Part shown: piece by piece, positions 54,268 through 64,000 of the stretch
Position numbering within the stretch: position 1 is the first letter of the stretch
Layout: every line of letters starts with the position of its first letter
Origin: Gammaproteobacteria bacterium
GTDB taxonomy: Bacteria; Pseudomonadota; Gammaproteobacteria; UBA4575
DNA length: 64,000 nucleotides
NCBI GenBank assembly: GCA_965214675.1
Contig: OZ243969.1
Span: 129,001-193,000, forward strand
Direction: 5' to 3'
Made by a program: the position numbers and the translations under genes
The notes under the pieces: generated by a model
Seen by the model: the letters and a program-made list of their open reading frames with translations, nothing else
Told to the model about the DNA's origin: nothing
Databases searched by the model: none

Positions 54268-54898
54268 CGAACTCAAACGCGTCATCGAGGCATCCTTGAT
54301 GGCTGCAGACAGCGCCTTGAGTATGGACCGGCTGATCCGCCTGTTTGAGCAGGATGTGGATCAGCCTACCCGCGAACAGATCAGGAAGGCGATTGCCAGT
54401 CTGCAGCAGGAATGTGAGGGCAGGGGCGTTGAGCTTCGCAAGGTCGCGAGTGGCTGGCGCTACCAGACGCGTCCTGACGTGCAGCCCTGGGTCGCGCGCC
54501 TGTGGCAGGAGAAGCCGCCGCGTTATTCACGTGCCCTGCTGGAGACACTGTCCTTGATCGTATACCGCCAGCCAATCACACGTGGAGAGATCGAGGAGGT
54601 GCGCGGGGTCAGCGTCAGCAGCAACATTATCAAGACCCTGCTGGAACGCGAATGGGTGCGCGTGGTCGGTCACAAGGAAGTCCCTGGCCGTCCCGCCCTG
54701 TACGGAAGCACACAGCAGTTTCTTGATTATTTCAATATGAAGTCACTGGATGAGATGCCGAGTCTTGCCGAACTGAAGGATCTGGATTTCATGCATCCGG
54801 AGTTGGAGTTGCCGCGCCCGCAAACTGACAAAAAATCCTCCTTGCGGGTTGTGACAGCATCCGGGGATTTGGCCGAAGGTCAAGAAACCCGGCACTGA
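54257..54898 (+). CDS. scpB: segregation and condensation protein B
   Basis: ScpB winged-helix motifs (LETLSLIVYRQPITRGEIEEVRGV). 11-nt overlap with scpA. Confidence 0.88.
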   Translation: MKDSELKRVIEASLMAADSALSMDRLIRLFEQDVDQPTREQIRKAIASLQQECEGRGVELRKVASGWRYQTRPDVQPWVARLWQEKPPRYSRALLETLSLIVYRQPITRGEIEEVRGVSVSSNIIKTLLEREWVRVVGHKEVPGRPALYGSTQQFLDYFNMKSLDEMPSLAELKDLDFMHPELELPRPQTDKKSSLRVVTASGDLAEGQETRH

Positions 54899-54930
54899 CT
54901 TTGTAACTTGTTGAGCCTGTAGTATCTCAG

Positions 54931-55656
54931 GTGTCACAACGGATTCAAAAGCGCCTTGCGCACCTCGGGATTGCTTCGCGCCGCCAGATTGAAAGCTGGA
55001 TCGTGTCGGGGAAGGTGCTGGTCAATGGCGAGCGCTGTTCCCTGGGGCAGCTTGTTGACGGCGATGAAAGCATCTCGGTATGTGGCACATTGGTGGACCT
55101 GCAAGGCCGTGTACCCGCCCGGGTACTTATGTACCACAAACCCGTGGGCGAAATCGTCACTCGCAAAGACACGCAACAGCGCGCCACGGTGTTCGAGCAG
55201 TTACCGGTTCTGGAAGTGGGTCGTTGGGTATCGGTGGGCAGGCTGGACCTCAATACCTCGGGTCTGCTGTTAGTGACTACGGAAGGATCGCTGGCTCATG
55301 CATTGATGCATCCCGGCAGTGGCCTTGAACGTGAGTACCGCGTGCGGGTTCTGGGAAAAATTTCGGATGAGATCGTATCTCGCCTGCTGACCGGCGTGCA
55401 ACTCAGCGATGGCATGGCGCGGTTCAAGGTGTTGGAAGTGCAGCCCTCTTCGGGAGTCAATACCTGGTGCAGAGTCGTGCTCGGTGAAGGGCGAAACCGC
55501 ATCGTGCGAAGGTTATGGGAGTCTCAAGGTCTACAGGTCAGCCGACTGATCCGCACCCGGTTTGGCCCACTTCGCTTGCCGGATACGCTACGCCCTGGCG
55601 AGCAACTCGAGTTGACCACCACCCAGGTGGGGCAATTGTATCGTGCCGTCGGTTGA
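54931..55656 (+). CDS. rluB: 23S rRNA pseudouridine synthase B
   Basis: S4 domain plus the RsuA-family catalytic GRLDLNTSGLLL. GTG start. Confidence 0.88.
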   Translation: MSQRIQKRLAHLGIASRRQIESWIVSGKVLVNGERCSLGQLVDGDESISVCGTLVDLQGRVPARVLMYHKPVGEIVTRKDTQQRATVFEQLPVLEVGRWVSVGRLDLNTSGLLLVTTEGSLAHALMHPGSGLEREYRVRVLGKISDEIVSRLLTGVQLSDGMARFKVLEVQPSSGVNTWCRVVLGEGRNRIVRRLWESQGLQVSRLIRTRFGPLRLPDTLRPGEQLELTTTQVGQLYRAVG

Positions 55657-56362
55657 ATCCCATACCCTCGGCCGGGACATCGGTACTTCTCGACATGTAA
55701 GGGCCCGGCGGGTGCGCGAGGTCTACACGGTATTGCTCAAGCAGCACGGCCCGCAGACCTGGTGGCCAGCCGATGGAAAGTTCGAGGTCATGGCCGGTGC
55801 CATCCTCACGCAAAATACGGCCTGGACCAATGTAGCGAAGGCCATCGGAAACCTGAAGGCAGCCGGCATGCTCCATGCCGATGCCATTCATCAGGCCAAG
55901 CAGGAATCACTGGCCAGCCTCATCCGCCCGTCTGGCTATTACAATCTCAAGGCCAGGCGACTAAAAAATTATTGTGCCTGGTATACAGAAGCAGGCAGGT
56001 ATCAAAAGTTGCGCTACTGGCCGACGGACAGGTTGCGAAAGGCGCTGCTGAGTGTACATGGAGTTGGCCCCGAGACCGCCGATGATATTCTGCTGTATGC
56101 CTTTGGCAGGCCGGTATTCGTGATCGATGCCTACACGCGCAGGATCTTTGCCCGCCTCGGGGTGATCCATGGGAACGAGGCCTATGATGCGATTCGCGCC
56201 GTCTTTGAACGGCACCTGGCCAGGCGGTCCGGGATGTTTGCTGAATACCACGCCCTGATCGTGCAGCATGGCAAGGAAGTTTGCCGGCCTGCACCGAGAT
56301 GCGGGCACTGCAATCTGGCAGCGATGTGCCGGTTCCATCAGAACCCGCATCAGCCAGAGTAA
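55643..56362 (+). CDS. endonuclease III-like HhH-GPD base-excision repair protein with 4Fe-4S cluster
   Basis: HhH motif (LLSVHGVGPETADDIL). C-terminal Cys cluster CRPAPRCGHCNLAAMC. Confidence 0.75.
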   Translation: MPSVESHTLGRDIGTSRHVRARRVREVYTVLLKQHGPQTWWPADGKFEVMAGAILTQNTAWTNVAKAIGNLKAAGMLHADAIHQAKQESLASLIRPSGYYNLKARRLKNYCAWYTEAGRYQKLRYWPTDRLRKALLSVHGVGPETADDILLYAFGRPVFVIDAYTRRIFARLGVIHGNEAYDAIRAVFERHLARRSGMFAEYHALIVQHGKEVCRPAPRCGHCNLAAMCRFHQNPHQPE

Positions 56363-57108
56363 TCAGGATTGACCTTGTAGTTGATCCCCGTAGTGCCCTG
56401 GCTGTCGGGGCCAATGAAGTACAGGTAAGGGGCGATCACCTGGTCCGGGGCTGGATACGTATGCGGGTGAACACCCGGGAAATGTGCGGTTCTCAGTTTG
56501 GTGCGTACCGGCGCCGGGTCCACACCGTTCACACGTATAGGCTTGTCACCATCGAGTTCCTGCGCAAGCACTTCCATCAGTCCGAGCAACGCAGACTTGG
56601 CCACCGCATAGGCGCCCCAGTAGGCGCTTTTGCAGTCGTGATTGGAAAATACGATGCTGGGGTCCTCGGATAATTCCAGCGCCGGGATGCAGCTCCTCAC
56701 GAGCAGGAAGGCGGCATGCTGGTTAACCGTGACGGTGCGAAGCCAGGTCTCAAGCGGGTAATTTCTCAAACCCTGCAGCGCGGCAATGTGGCCCGCATTG
56801 ACCACCAGCGAATCCAGGGGACGGTCCTGTTTACGCAGGAATTCGGCGAGCTTGAGGTAATCCACCTCGCCAGCACGCCGATGGTCGATCGCATAGTACA
56901 GCTGCGCCTGACCGGTAGTCTCTTGCAGTTTTGTACAAAGAGATTCCAGTTTCTGCTTGTTTCTGGACATCAAAACGAGCTGCGCTCCGAGGGCTGCGCA
57001 GGCCAATGCGAGAGCCTCACCGATGCCGTCGGTTGCTCCGGAGATCAGGATCATGCGTCCTTTGAGGCCATCCTCGGCCATGCAGTAATCGTTTAGCTGT
57101 AGTCTCAA
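56350..57108 (-). CDS. yciK: SDR-family oxidoreductase YciK-like
   Basis: ISGATDGIG Rossmann motif. YxxxK active site (YAVAKSA). Colinear with E. coli YciK. Confidence 0.8.
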   Translation of the reverse strand: MRLQLNDYCMAEDGLKGRMILISGATDGIGEALALACAALGAQLVLMSRNKQKLESLCTKLQETTGQAQLYYAIDHRRAGEVDYLKLAEFLRKQDRPLDSLVVNAGHIAALQGLRNYPLETWLRTVTVNQHAAFLLVRSCIPALELSEDPSIVFSNHDCKSAYWGAYAVAKSALLGLMEVLAQELDGDKPIRVNGVDPAPVRTKLRTAHFPGVHPHTYPAPDQVIAPYLYFIGPDSQGTTGINYKVNPDYSG

Positions 57109-57131
57109 GGCAGGTGGTGTCCAGGTGATCC

Positions 57132-58421
57132 CTATTCGCGGCCGGTGTTGTCCCCGCCCCGCGGAGAGGATTCGACCATCTTCAGGTCAGGGATGTCTTT
57201 TTTCTTCTCGATTCCCAGTTCTTCAAATTTTCTCGCGCCCGGCAGCACCTGTCGCTCCAGTGAGCCTGTCGCCTTGTTGAATTGCTCGACGCTGGCATCC
57301 AGGCTCCTGCCCAGTTTCTGCAAATGCTCCACAAAAGTGGCGACTCGGCGATACAGCTCTTCTCCCAGCTTCTGGATCTCCTCAGCGTTTTTAGCAACCG
57401 ATTGCTGGCGCCACCCGAAGGCGACTGCACGAAGCAGCGCAATGATGCTGGTCGGTGTTGCCAGGATGACTTTGTTGGCAAGGGCATCTTCCAGCAGTTG
57501 CGGATCGTGTTCGAGGGATGCAGAAAGGAATTGATCGCCCGGTATGAACAGCACGACAAAATCCGGGGAATGCTTGAACTGGTTCCAGTAGGCCTTGCTT
57601 GCAAGCTCACGCATGCGTTCGCGGACATTGCGTGCGTGCCTGTGCAGCAATTCCTCACGCTCCTTTTCATTACGGGTTTGCACTGCACCCAGATAGGCAT
57701 CCAGTGGTGTTTTCGCATCCACGATCAATTCCCTCTGATCAGGCATGCGCACCACCATGTCCGGGCGCATGCGCGTGTCCTCGTCATCCCCTGATTTCTG
57801 CTCATAGAAGTCGCAGTAGCTCACCATCCCGGCCAGTTCGGCGATTCGCTTGAGGGTCAGTTCTCCCCACTGACCGCGCACCTCGGGGCGGCGCAGGGCC
57901 TGCACCAGGTTCTGTGTTTCAGCGCGCAGGTCGGTCTGGGATTCATTAATCTGCTTGAGATGCTGGGTCAGAGAGCCGTACGATTCCTTGCGTTCTTTCT
58001 CGATAGCCCGTATTTGTGATTCTGTCTGCTTCAGGGCCTCATTGATGGGATGCAGGAGGGTTTCAATGGCTTTTTCCTTTTTCTCGAGGCTGGCTTCCGC
58101 CTGAATCTGGTATTGGGAGAGCTTTTCCCTGGCGAGCCTGAGAAAATTCTCGTTATTCGATTTCAGTGCCTGCTGCGACAGGCTCGCGAAGGTCTGTTGC
58201 AATTGCAGACTGACCGCTTCCATGCTTTCCAGCTTCTCGGCATGGCTGTTTCTTTCAAGTTCAAGCGACAGACCCAGGCGCTGCACCTCGGATTCAAGTG
58301 CCCTGAGGGCTTTGCGCTTTCGAAGATGCACGAGCCAGGCGCCTGCTCCTGCACCCAGCAAGAACAGGCTGGCTGCAAGCAGCGCCAGTGCCCAGAAATT
58401 TTGTAGTTCTGCAAGGGGCAT
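57132..58421 (-). CDS. rmuC: DNA recombination protein RmuC
   Basis: N-terminal TM helix, long coiled-coil, RmuC C-terminal domain. 429 aa. Confidence 0.88.
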   Translation of the reverse strand: MPLAELQNFWALALLAASLFLLGAGAGAWLVHLRKRKALRALESEVQRLGLSLELERNSHAEKLESMEAVSLQLQQTFASLSQQALKSNNENFLRLAREKLSQYQIQAEASLEKKEKAIETLLHPINEALKQTESQIRAIEKERKESYGSLTQHLKQINESQTDLRAETQNLVQALRRPEVRGQWGELTLKRIAELAGMVSYCDFYEQKSGDDEDTRMRPDMVVRMPDQRELIVDAKTPLDAYLGAVQTRNEKEREELLHRHARNVRERMRELASKAYWNQFKHSPDFVVLFIPGDQFLSASLEHDPQLLEDALANKVILATPTSIIALLRAVAFGWRQQSVAKNAEEIQKLGEELYRRVATFVEHLQKLGRSLDASVEQFNKATGSLERQVLPGARKFEELGIEKKKDIPDLKMVESSPRGGDNTGRE

Positions 58422-58433
58422 GAGAACGGCAGC

Positions 58434-59108
58434 TCAGCTGTGCACAGCCAGCCAGTCCATGAGTGCCAGGGCATTGTCGAGTACCACGTCTGCCCCCCAG
58501 GCATACGGGTCCTGGTGGTCCTGAATATAGCCATAGGCTGCCACGGCGGTCCTCATCTTGGCAGCCTTGCCGGCCTGTATGTCGCGCGGGTCATCACCCA
58601 TGTAAAGACACTCGACCGGTGCCACACCCAACAGGTCCGCTGCTCGAGAAAGCGGCTCAGGGCGGGGCTTTCTTTGAGGCATCGAGTCGCCGCTGATCGT
58701 ACAGCCTGCACGAGGAGTGAGTTCAAGCTTCTCGACCAGCGGTTCAGTCAGCCAGCCGGGCTTGTTGGTGACGATACCCCACGGCAGCCCGGCTTCGTCC
58801 AGGTGGTCCAGCAGCGTCAGAACGCCCGGGAACAAACGCGTTTTATGGTAAAGCCTGTCTGCATAGATCTGCAGGAATTCGTCGCGAAGCTGCAGGGTCT
58901 TGTGTGCATCCAGAGTCCCGTTGTAGCCAAGCTCGATCAATGCAATGCCTCCACGCGAGGTATGCTTTCGAATCTTCTGGTACTCGAGCTTTTTGCGGCC
59001 GTGGCGAACCAGCAGTTCATTCAGTGAGTCACTCATGTCGGGTGCCGTATCGGCCAGTGTTCCGTCAAGGTCAAAAAGAACTCCCCGGACCTGAGATGCG
59101 TTGGACAT
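58434..59108 (-). CDS. gph: phosphoglycolate phosphatase (HAD superfamily)
   Basis: FDLDGTLADT HAD motif I. 224 aa. Confidence 0.85.
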   Translation of the reverse strand: MSNASQVRGVLFDLDGTLADTAPDMSDSLNELLVRHGRKKLEYQKIRKHTSRGGIALIELGYNGTLDAHKTLQLRDEFLQIYADRLYHKTRLFPGVLTLLDHLDEAGLPWGIVTNKPGWLTEPLVEKLELTPRAGCTISGDSMPQRKPRPEPLSRAADLLGVAPVECLYMGDDPRDIQAGKAAKMRTAVAAYGYIQDHQDPYAWGADVVLDNALALMDWLAVHS

Positions 59109-59119
59109 GCTGAAAGGGG

Positions 59120-59881
59120 TTAGGCGGGCTTTTTCGCGTGGGCCAGATAGTTCGTACTCAGGTCACCTGACAGGCGATAGGTCTTGTTCAGCGGGTTGTA
59201 GCTGATTCCCTTGACTTCCTGTATGTCCATCCTGCTGCTGCGGACCCAGCGGTCAAGCTCGCCCGGCCGGATCAGCTTCTCATATTCGTGCGTACCCTTG
59301 GGCAGCATCTGCAAGACGTATTCACCCATCACGATCATGTACAGCAGGGACTTGAAATTGCGATTGATCGTGGAGAAGAATGCATCCCCGCGCGGTTTGA
59401 GCAGTTGGGCTGAGGCATCGACAATCAAAGACGGGTCGGGTACATGCTCCAGCATCTCAAGGCAAGTGACCACATCGAATGATGCAGGCTCCAGGGAAGC
59501 CAGCTCCTCGGCGGCAATCGCCTGGTATTCGATCTGCAGCCCCTGTTTGTTTGCATGGGTGCGCGCGGCAGCCAGTGAAGCTTCACCCAGGTCAATCGCC
59601 TTGACCTGGGCCCCTCGATGCGCCAGTCCCTCTGAAAGGATTCCGCCGCCGCAGCCTATATCGAGTACTTTCTTGCCAGCCAGTCCGGCACGCTCTTCGA
59701 TAAAGTCCAGGCGCAGGGGATTGATATCATGCAGGGCCTTGAACGCGCCGTCCTCGTCCCACCAGCGTTGTGAAAGCGCCTCGAATTTTTCCAGTTCGCT
59801 TTCGTCGAGATTCGAAGGTGTAGACTGCATGCTAGAACGATTCGGGATACTTTGGCCAAGAGGGCATTCGGGTACAGTCAT
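59120..59881 (-). CDS. ubiG: bifunctional 3-demethylubiquinol 3-O-methyltransferase/2-polyprenyl-6-hydroxyphenol methylase
   Basis: Colinear with E. coli UbiG (KFEALSQRWWD, VLDIGCGGGILSE, MLEHVPDP). Alternative start at 59830. Confidence 0.9.
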   Translation of the reverse strand: MTVPECPLGQSIPNRSSMQSTPSNLDESELEKFEALSQRWWDEDGAFKALHDINPLRLDFIEERAGLAGKKVLDIGCGGGILSEGLAHRGAQVKAIDLGEASLAAARTHANKQGLQIEYQAIAAEELASLEPASFDVVTCLEMLEHVPDPSLIVDASAQLLKPRGDAFFSTINRNFKSLLYMIVMGEYVLQMLPKGTHEYEKLIRPGELDRWVRSSRMDIQEVKGISYNPLNKTYRLSGDLSTNYLAHAKKPA

Positions 59882-59911
59882 ATAGTGTACCCTGATCCAC
59901 CAGGTGATGTT

Positions 59912-61228
59912 TTAGGCGCTCGATATTTTTTTGTTCCAGTCGCGGGTTTCGGCCAGGATACTTTCTGCATCCAGGGTCTGCAGTTGTCCCTCGTGCAGCA
60001 GCAGTTGACCTTCCACCCAGACATCACACACCTGTGCCCGTTGCGTGGCATAGACCGCATGCCCTACCGGATCATACAGTGGCTGGGCGCCGACCTGTTC
60101 GATGTCGATCACAGTAATGTCGGCAGCCTTGCCGACTTCCAGCGAACCGGTTCTGTCCGCAATGCCGAGGGCTTTGGCAGCATTGATTGTGGCACACCGC
60201 AGGGCGGTGTGGGCCGGCAGGGCGGTGGCATCGCCTGCGACACCCTTGGCCAGCAAGGCCGCGGTTTGCATCTCTCCAAGGAGGTCCAGGTCGTCATTGC
60301 TCGAGTTGCTGTCAGTGCCGAGGGTAACGTTGACCTGTCCATCGAGCAGCTTTTGCACCGGGCAGAAGCCGCTGGCCAGTTTCAGGTTCGACTGCGGGCA
60401 GTGCACGATACTGGCCCCGACCCCGGCCAGCAACTCGATTTCATCGTCCTGCAGTTGCGTCATGTGAACGGCTACCAGCCGGTCATTGACCAGCCCGAGT
60501 TCATGCAGGCGCTGGATTGGCCGGCAGCGGTACTGCTCGAGGCTCATCGAGATCTCATTCTCGGTTTCGTGCAGGTGAATATGCACCGGCAAGCCGTGCT
60601 CATTTGCCAGTGCAGCGACGCGTTTCAGCGGACCATCGGAGACCGTGTAGGGGGCGTGTGGGGCCAGCATGCACTGCACTCGCGAAGGAGAGCGGTGGCG
60701 GTGGTACAGGTCCAGTCCCTTGTCCAGGTACTCGTCGGCATCCTTCGCATAGGCGGTGGGAAAGTCCAGCAGGATCATCCCCAGGTGCGCACGCATGCCG
60801 GACTGCATCACTTCTTCTGCCGCAATCTCGGCAAAGAAGTACATGTCGTTGAAGCAGGTGATGCCGCCGCGAATCATCTCGGCGATGGCAAGGCGCGTGC
60901 CGTGCCGGACAAAATCCTCATTGACCCACTTTTTTTCAGCCGGCCAGATGTGGTCGTTCAGCCACTCCATCAGGGGCAGGTCGCTGGCCATGCCACGGAA
61001 CAGGGACATGCCGGCATGGGTGTGCGCGTTGATCAGGCCGGGTATGACAAGGTGATGATCGTACGTATATGATGTGTCGAATGAGTATTGGCTTCTTGCG
61101 GCAGCGCTCGGCAGGATGTCGACGATGCCTCCTTCATGTACTGCAATGGCGGTGTCGTTCAGTGCCCGCCCGCGGCCATCGACAGGGATAACATGCGTTC
61201 CATGGATCAGGGTGTCTACGTGTTTCAT
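59912..61228 (-). CDS. mtaD: 5-methylthioadenosine/S-adenosylhomocysteine deaminase (amidohydrolase)
   Basis: Metal-binding NAHTH and the amidohydrolase fold. Start set at MKHVDTLIHG. The track's N-terminal extension lacks support. Confidence 0.85.
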   Translation of the reverse strand: MKHVDTLIHGTHVIPVDGRGRALNDTAIAVHEGGIVDILPSAAARSQYSFDTSYTYDHHLVIPGLINAHTHAGMSLFRGMASDLPLMEWLNDHIWPAEKKWVNEDFVRHGTRLAIAEMIRGGITCFNDMYFFAEIAAEEVMQSGMRAHLGMILLDFPTAYAKDADEYLDKGLDLYHRHRSPSRVQCMLAPHAPYTVSDGPLKRVAALANEHGLPVHIHLHETENEISMSLEQYRCRPIQRLHELGLVNDRLVAVHMTQLQDDEIELLAGVGASIVHCPQSNLKLASGFCPVQKLLDGQVNVTLGTDSNSSNDDLDLLGEMQTAALLAKGVAGDATALPAHTALRCATINAAKALGIADRTGSLEVGKAADITVIDIEQVGAQPLYDPVGHAVYATQRAQVCDVWVEGQLLLHEGQLQTLDAESILAETRDWNKKISSA

Positions 61229-61371
61229 TGTGCGTCCTGCGGCACGGGCCGAAGCTTCATCGGGAAATGGCCTGCGCATTATGCTATGGCATCCGCCGTG
61301 CAGGCAATACAGGCAAAGCGCCTGCGACCTATGCGCGCCAGCGCCTGGCAGCGCCGTGACTTTCAGGCAGC

Positions 61372-62412
61372 ATGGCCTCGTTAGCCGATCAGGCCATCCG
61401 CTGGCAAGAGGATCGGCTGGTATTGCTGGATCAGAGGGCATTGCCGAACAAGGTCCTGTTCGTTGAATGCACGCAGGCCAGTGATGTGGTCGCCGCCATC
61501 CGGGACATGGTGGTGCGCGGGGCCCCGGCCATTGGCGTGAGCGCAGCCTACGCGGTGGTGCTTGCAGCGCGCGAACATTATGCGGTGGCTCCCGAGGACT
61601 GGATCAGGCGAATGGATACTGATCTGCAGTCACTGGCGCAGGCACGTCCCACGGCGGTCAACCTCGAATGGGCGATTGCGCGCATGCGCGATGTCATGGC
61701 ACAAACGGGCCTCGGGGACCCCGGACCCGTGCTGTTGCAGGCGGCCCGCAAGTTGCACCGGGAAGACATACAGGCGAACCGTGCACTGGGTGCACACGGC
61801 GCCTCGCTGCTCGAGGACGGCGCGGTCGTGCTGACCCACTGCAATGCAGGGGCGCTAGCCACCGGAGGCTACGGCACTGCACTTGGCGTCATCCGCAGCG
61901 CACATGCACAACACAAGATCAAGGCGGTGTACGCCGATGAAACCCGGCCCTGGTTTCAGGGCACCCGGTTGACGGCCTGGGAATTGTTGCAGGACAACAT
62001 CCCGGTTACGCTGATCTGTGACAGTGCCGCTGCCAGCCTGATGCGCCAGAGACAGCTTGCCTGGGTCATCGTGGGGGCGGACCGCGTGGCACGAAACGGT
62101 GATGTGGCCAACAAGATCGGTACCTATGCCCTGGCCGTGATGGCCCGCCAGCACGATGCAGGCTTCATGGTAGCCGCACCAACCAGCACGATCGACCTCA
62201 AGGTCGGCTCCGGGACCGAGATCGAGATCGAGGAGCGCTCGCAGCAGGAACTCACGCAATATCACGAGGTGGCACTGGCCCCTGCCGAGGCCGGGGTCTG
62301 GAATCCGGTGTTTGATATCACACCCGCCGGGCTGGTGACGGCCCTGGTGACTGAAAAAGGGGTGGTGCATGCGCCCTGCGAGGAAAAAATCATGGCCCTG
62401 ATGCGAGACTGA
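61372..62412 (+). CDS. mtnA: S-methyl-5-thioribose-1-phosphate isomerase
   Basis: eIF2B/MtnA-family motifs (VVRGAPAIG, VGADRVARNGDVANKIGT). 346 aa. Confidence 0.92.
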   Translation: MASLADQAIRWQEDRLVLLDQRALPNKVLFVECTQASDVVAAIRDMVVRGAPAIGVSAAYAVVLAAREHYAVAPEDWIRRMDTDLQSLAQARPTAVNLEWAIARMRDVMAQTGLGDPGPVLLQAARKLHREDIQANRALGAHGASLLEDGAVVLTHCNAGALATGGYGTALGVIRSAHAQHKIKAVYADETRPWFQGTRLTAWELLQDNIPVTLICDSAAASLMRQRQLAWVIVGADRVARNGDVANKIGTYALAVMARQHDAGFMVAAPTSTIDLKVGSGTEIEIEERSQQELTQYHEVALAPAEAGVWNPVFDITPAGLVTALVTEKGVVHAPCEEKIMALMRD

Positions 62413-62478
62413 GCCAAATCCTCTTTTTTCTTCCGGCTGCTTAAAATAACATGCACATAAAATTCTGAATTTTGCTTT

Positions 62479-62513
62479 CAGGGCATTTCATTTCGTTCTG
62501 GATGCCCTTTTTC
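62479..62513 (+). terminator. putative rho-independent terminator after mtnA
   Basis: AGGGCAT..(15-nt loop)..ATGCCCT followed by TTTTT. Confidence 0.35.
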
Positions 62514-62589
62514 CCAATGCTACTGTTCAGGGCGTGTGTTATACTTTATCGCCTGTAAATGAGTATTGAGACTCTCCCCCCATTACGTT

Positions 62590-64000
62590 AATGGCTGCCA
62601 TCGCCAAAGAAGTTCTTTCAGTCAATCTCGAAGATGAGATGCGCCAGTCGTATCTCGATTACGCCATGAGCGTGATCGTCGGGCGCGCCTTGCCGGATGT
62701 GCGAGACGGCCTGAAGCCGGTCCACCGCCGCGCCCTGCATGCCATGAACGAGCTCGGCAATGACTGGAACAAGCCGTACAAGAAATCTGCGCGGGTCGTC
62801 GGTGATGTCATCGGCAAGTACCACCCGCACGGGGAGTCCGCCGTATACGACACCCTGGTACGCATGGCACAGCCGTTTTCCATGCGCTACATGCTCATCG
62901 ACGGGCAGGGCAATTTCGGTTCGGTGGATGGCGATGCGCCCGCTGCCATGCGCTACACCGAGGTGCGCATGGCGAAAATCACCCACGAGATCCTGGCCGA
63001 CCTGGACAAGGAGACGGTCGATTTCGCATCCAATTACGACAACTCCGAAACCGAGCCTACGGTATTGCCCACCCGGGTTCCCAACCTGCTGGTGAACGGC
63101 TCCTCGGGGATTGCGGTGGGGATGGCAACCAATATCCCGCCACACAACCTGACCGAGGTGATCAACGCCTGCATCGCCCTGATCGAGAATCCGGCCATGG
63201 ATTACCCGGAACTGATGCAGCTCCTGCCCGGCCCGGATTTTCCGACGGCGGCCATCATCAATGGCCGGGATGGCATCCATGAAGCCTACCGCACAGGGCG
63301 TGGTCGCGTGCACATGCGCGCCCGTACCCATATCGAGCAGGATGCCAAGAGCGGGCGCGAGCGTATCGTGGTCACAGAGCTTCCATACCAGGTGAACAAG
63401 GCCAACCTGATCATCAAGATTGCCGACCTGGTCAAGGAGAAGCGCCTTGAGGGCATTGCAGCCAATGGCCTTCGGGATGAATCGGACAAGGAGGGCATGC
63501 GCATCGTCATCGAACTGCGTCGTGATGAGGTCAGCGGGGTCATCCTCAACAACCTGTTCAAGCACACACCGATGCAAAGTGTGTTCAGCATGAACATGGT
63601 GGCCCTGGTGGACGGGCAGCCCCGGCTGCTCAACCTCAGGCAGATTTTGCAGGTGTTTATACGCCACCGCCGTGATGTTGTTACCCGACGTACCATTTTC
63701 GAACTGCGCAAGGCGCGCGACCGGGCCCATATTCTCGAAGGCCTGGCCGTGGCGCTGACCAACATCGACGAGATTATTGCACTGATCAAGGGTTCGGCCA
63801 GCCCGGCCATTGCCAAGGACGAACTCATCGCCCGGGCCTGGAAGCCCGGCATGGTCACTCGTATGCTGGAGCGTTCCGGAGCCGATGTTTCGCGACCGGA
63901 AGGGCTGGAGGAAGAATACGGTATGCGCAACGGTAAACAGGCCAGCGAATATCACCTGTCCCCGGCCCAGGCACAGGCCATACTGGATTTGCGCCTGCAC
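62590..64000 (+). CDS. gyrA: DNA gyrase subunit A (5' partial, runs off the window)
   Basis: Translation from the ATG at 62590 gives [47 protein letters not shown]... with the active-site region and a QRDR-like AVYDT. Not in the track because there is no in-window stop. Confidence 0.95.

Noticed and set aside
59852-61072. 406-aa + strand ORF
   Set aside because: Antisense to the mtaD amidohydrolase gene. It has no recognisable motifs and is low-complexity R/G/A-rich.
62618-64000. 460-aa ORF on the - strand (also 63286-63930)
   Set aside because: Antisense to a clear gyrA reading frame ([10 protein letters not shown]...GLKPVHRR...) starting at 62590. This is a typical long antisense ORF in GC-rich coding DNA.

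Overview
This is a 64-kb chromosomal segment from a gammaproteobacterium, roughly 55% GC, with gene order resembling Pseudomonas. Two clusters match Pseudomonas order: hemA-prfA-prmC divergent from a TPR lipoprotein-lolB-ispE-tRNA(Gln)-prs-rplY-pth-ychF run, and gyrA-mtnA-mtaD-ubiG-gph. It is almost entirely housekeeping. I call about 65 protein genes, among them thiC, msrA, pdxH, metY, rnd, mreBCD, gatCAB, pckG, nadC, argF/argD/argG, folE, trpS, scpAB and rluB. I also call two tRNAs (Gln-UUG and elongator-type Met-CAU) and a TPP riboswitch in the thiC leader. The non-core content is as follows. (1) Two diverged (about 86% aa identity), inversely oriented TnpB-only insertion elements, at 10672-11883 and 23482-24690. 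Both have about 24-bp terminal inverted repeats. The first has a perfect 8-bp target-site duplication, which is atypical for IS200/IS605. Both sit immediately upstream of co-oriented host genes and together bracket an 11.6-kb block of essential genes. (2) A radical-SAM plus Gfo/Idh/MocA oxidoreductase two-gene cassette convergent with the LPS heptosyltransferase waaF. (3) An orphan hydantoinase-B-like gene translationally coupled to an AsnB-type amidotransferase. (4) A stand-alone EgtD-like methyltransferase. (5) A cluster of small lineage-specific ORFs between pdxH and metY. (6) An AT-rich, repeat-containing flank 3' of tRNA-Met followed by small secreted or unknown proteins. (7) mreC appears to initiate at a non-canonical ATC codon. 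I did not recognise any CRISPR array, prophage, toxin-antitoxin pair or rRNA. Most long antisense ORFs in the six-frame track are artefacts of GC-rich coding regions.
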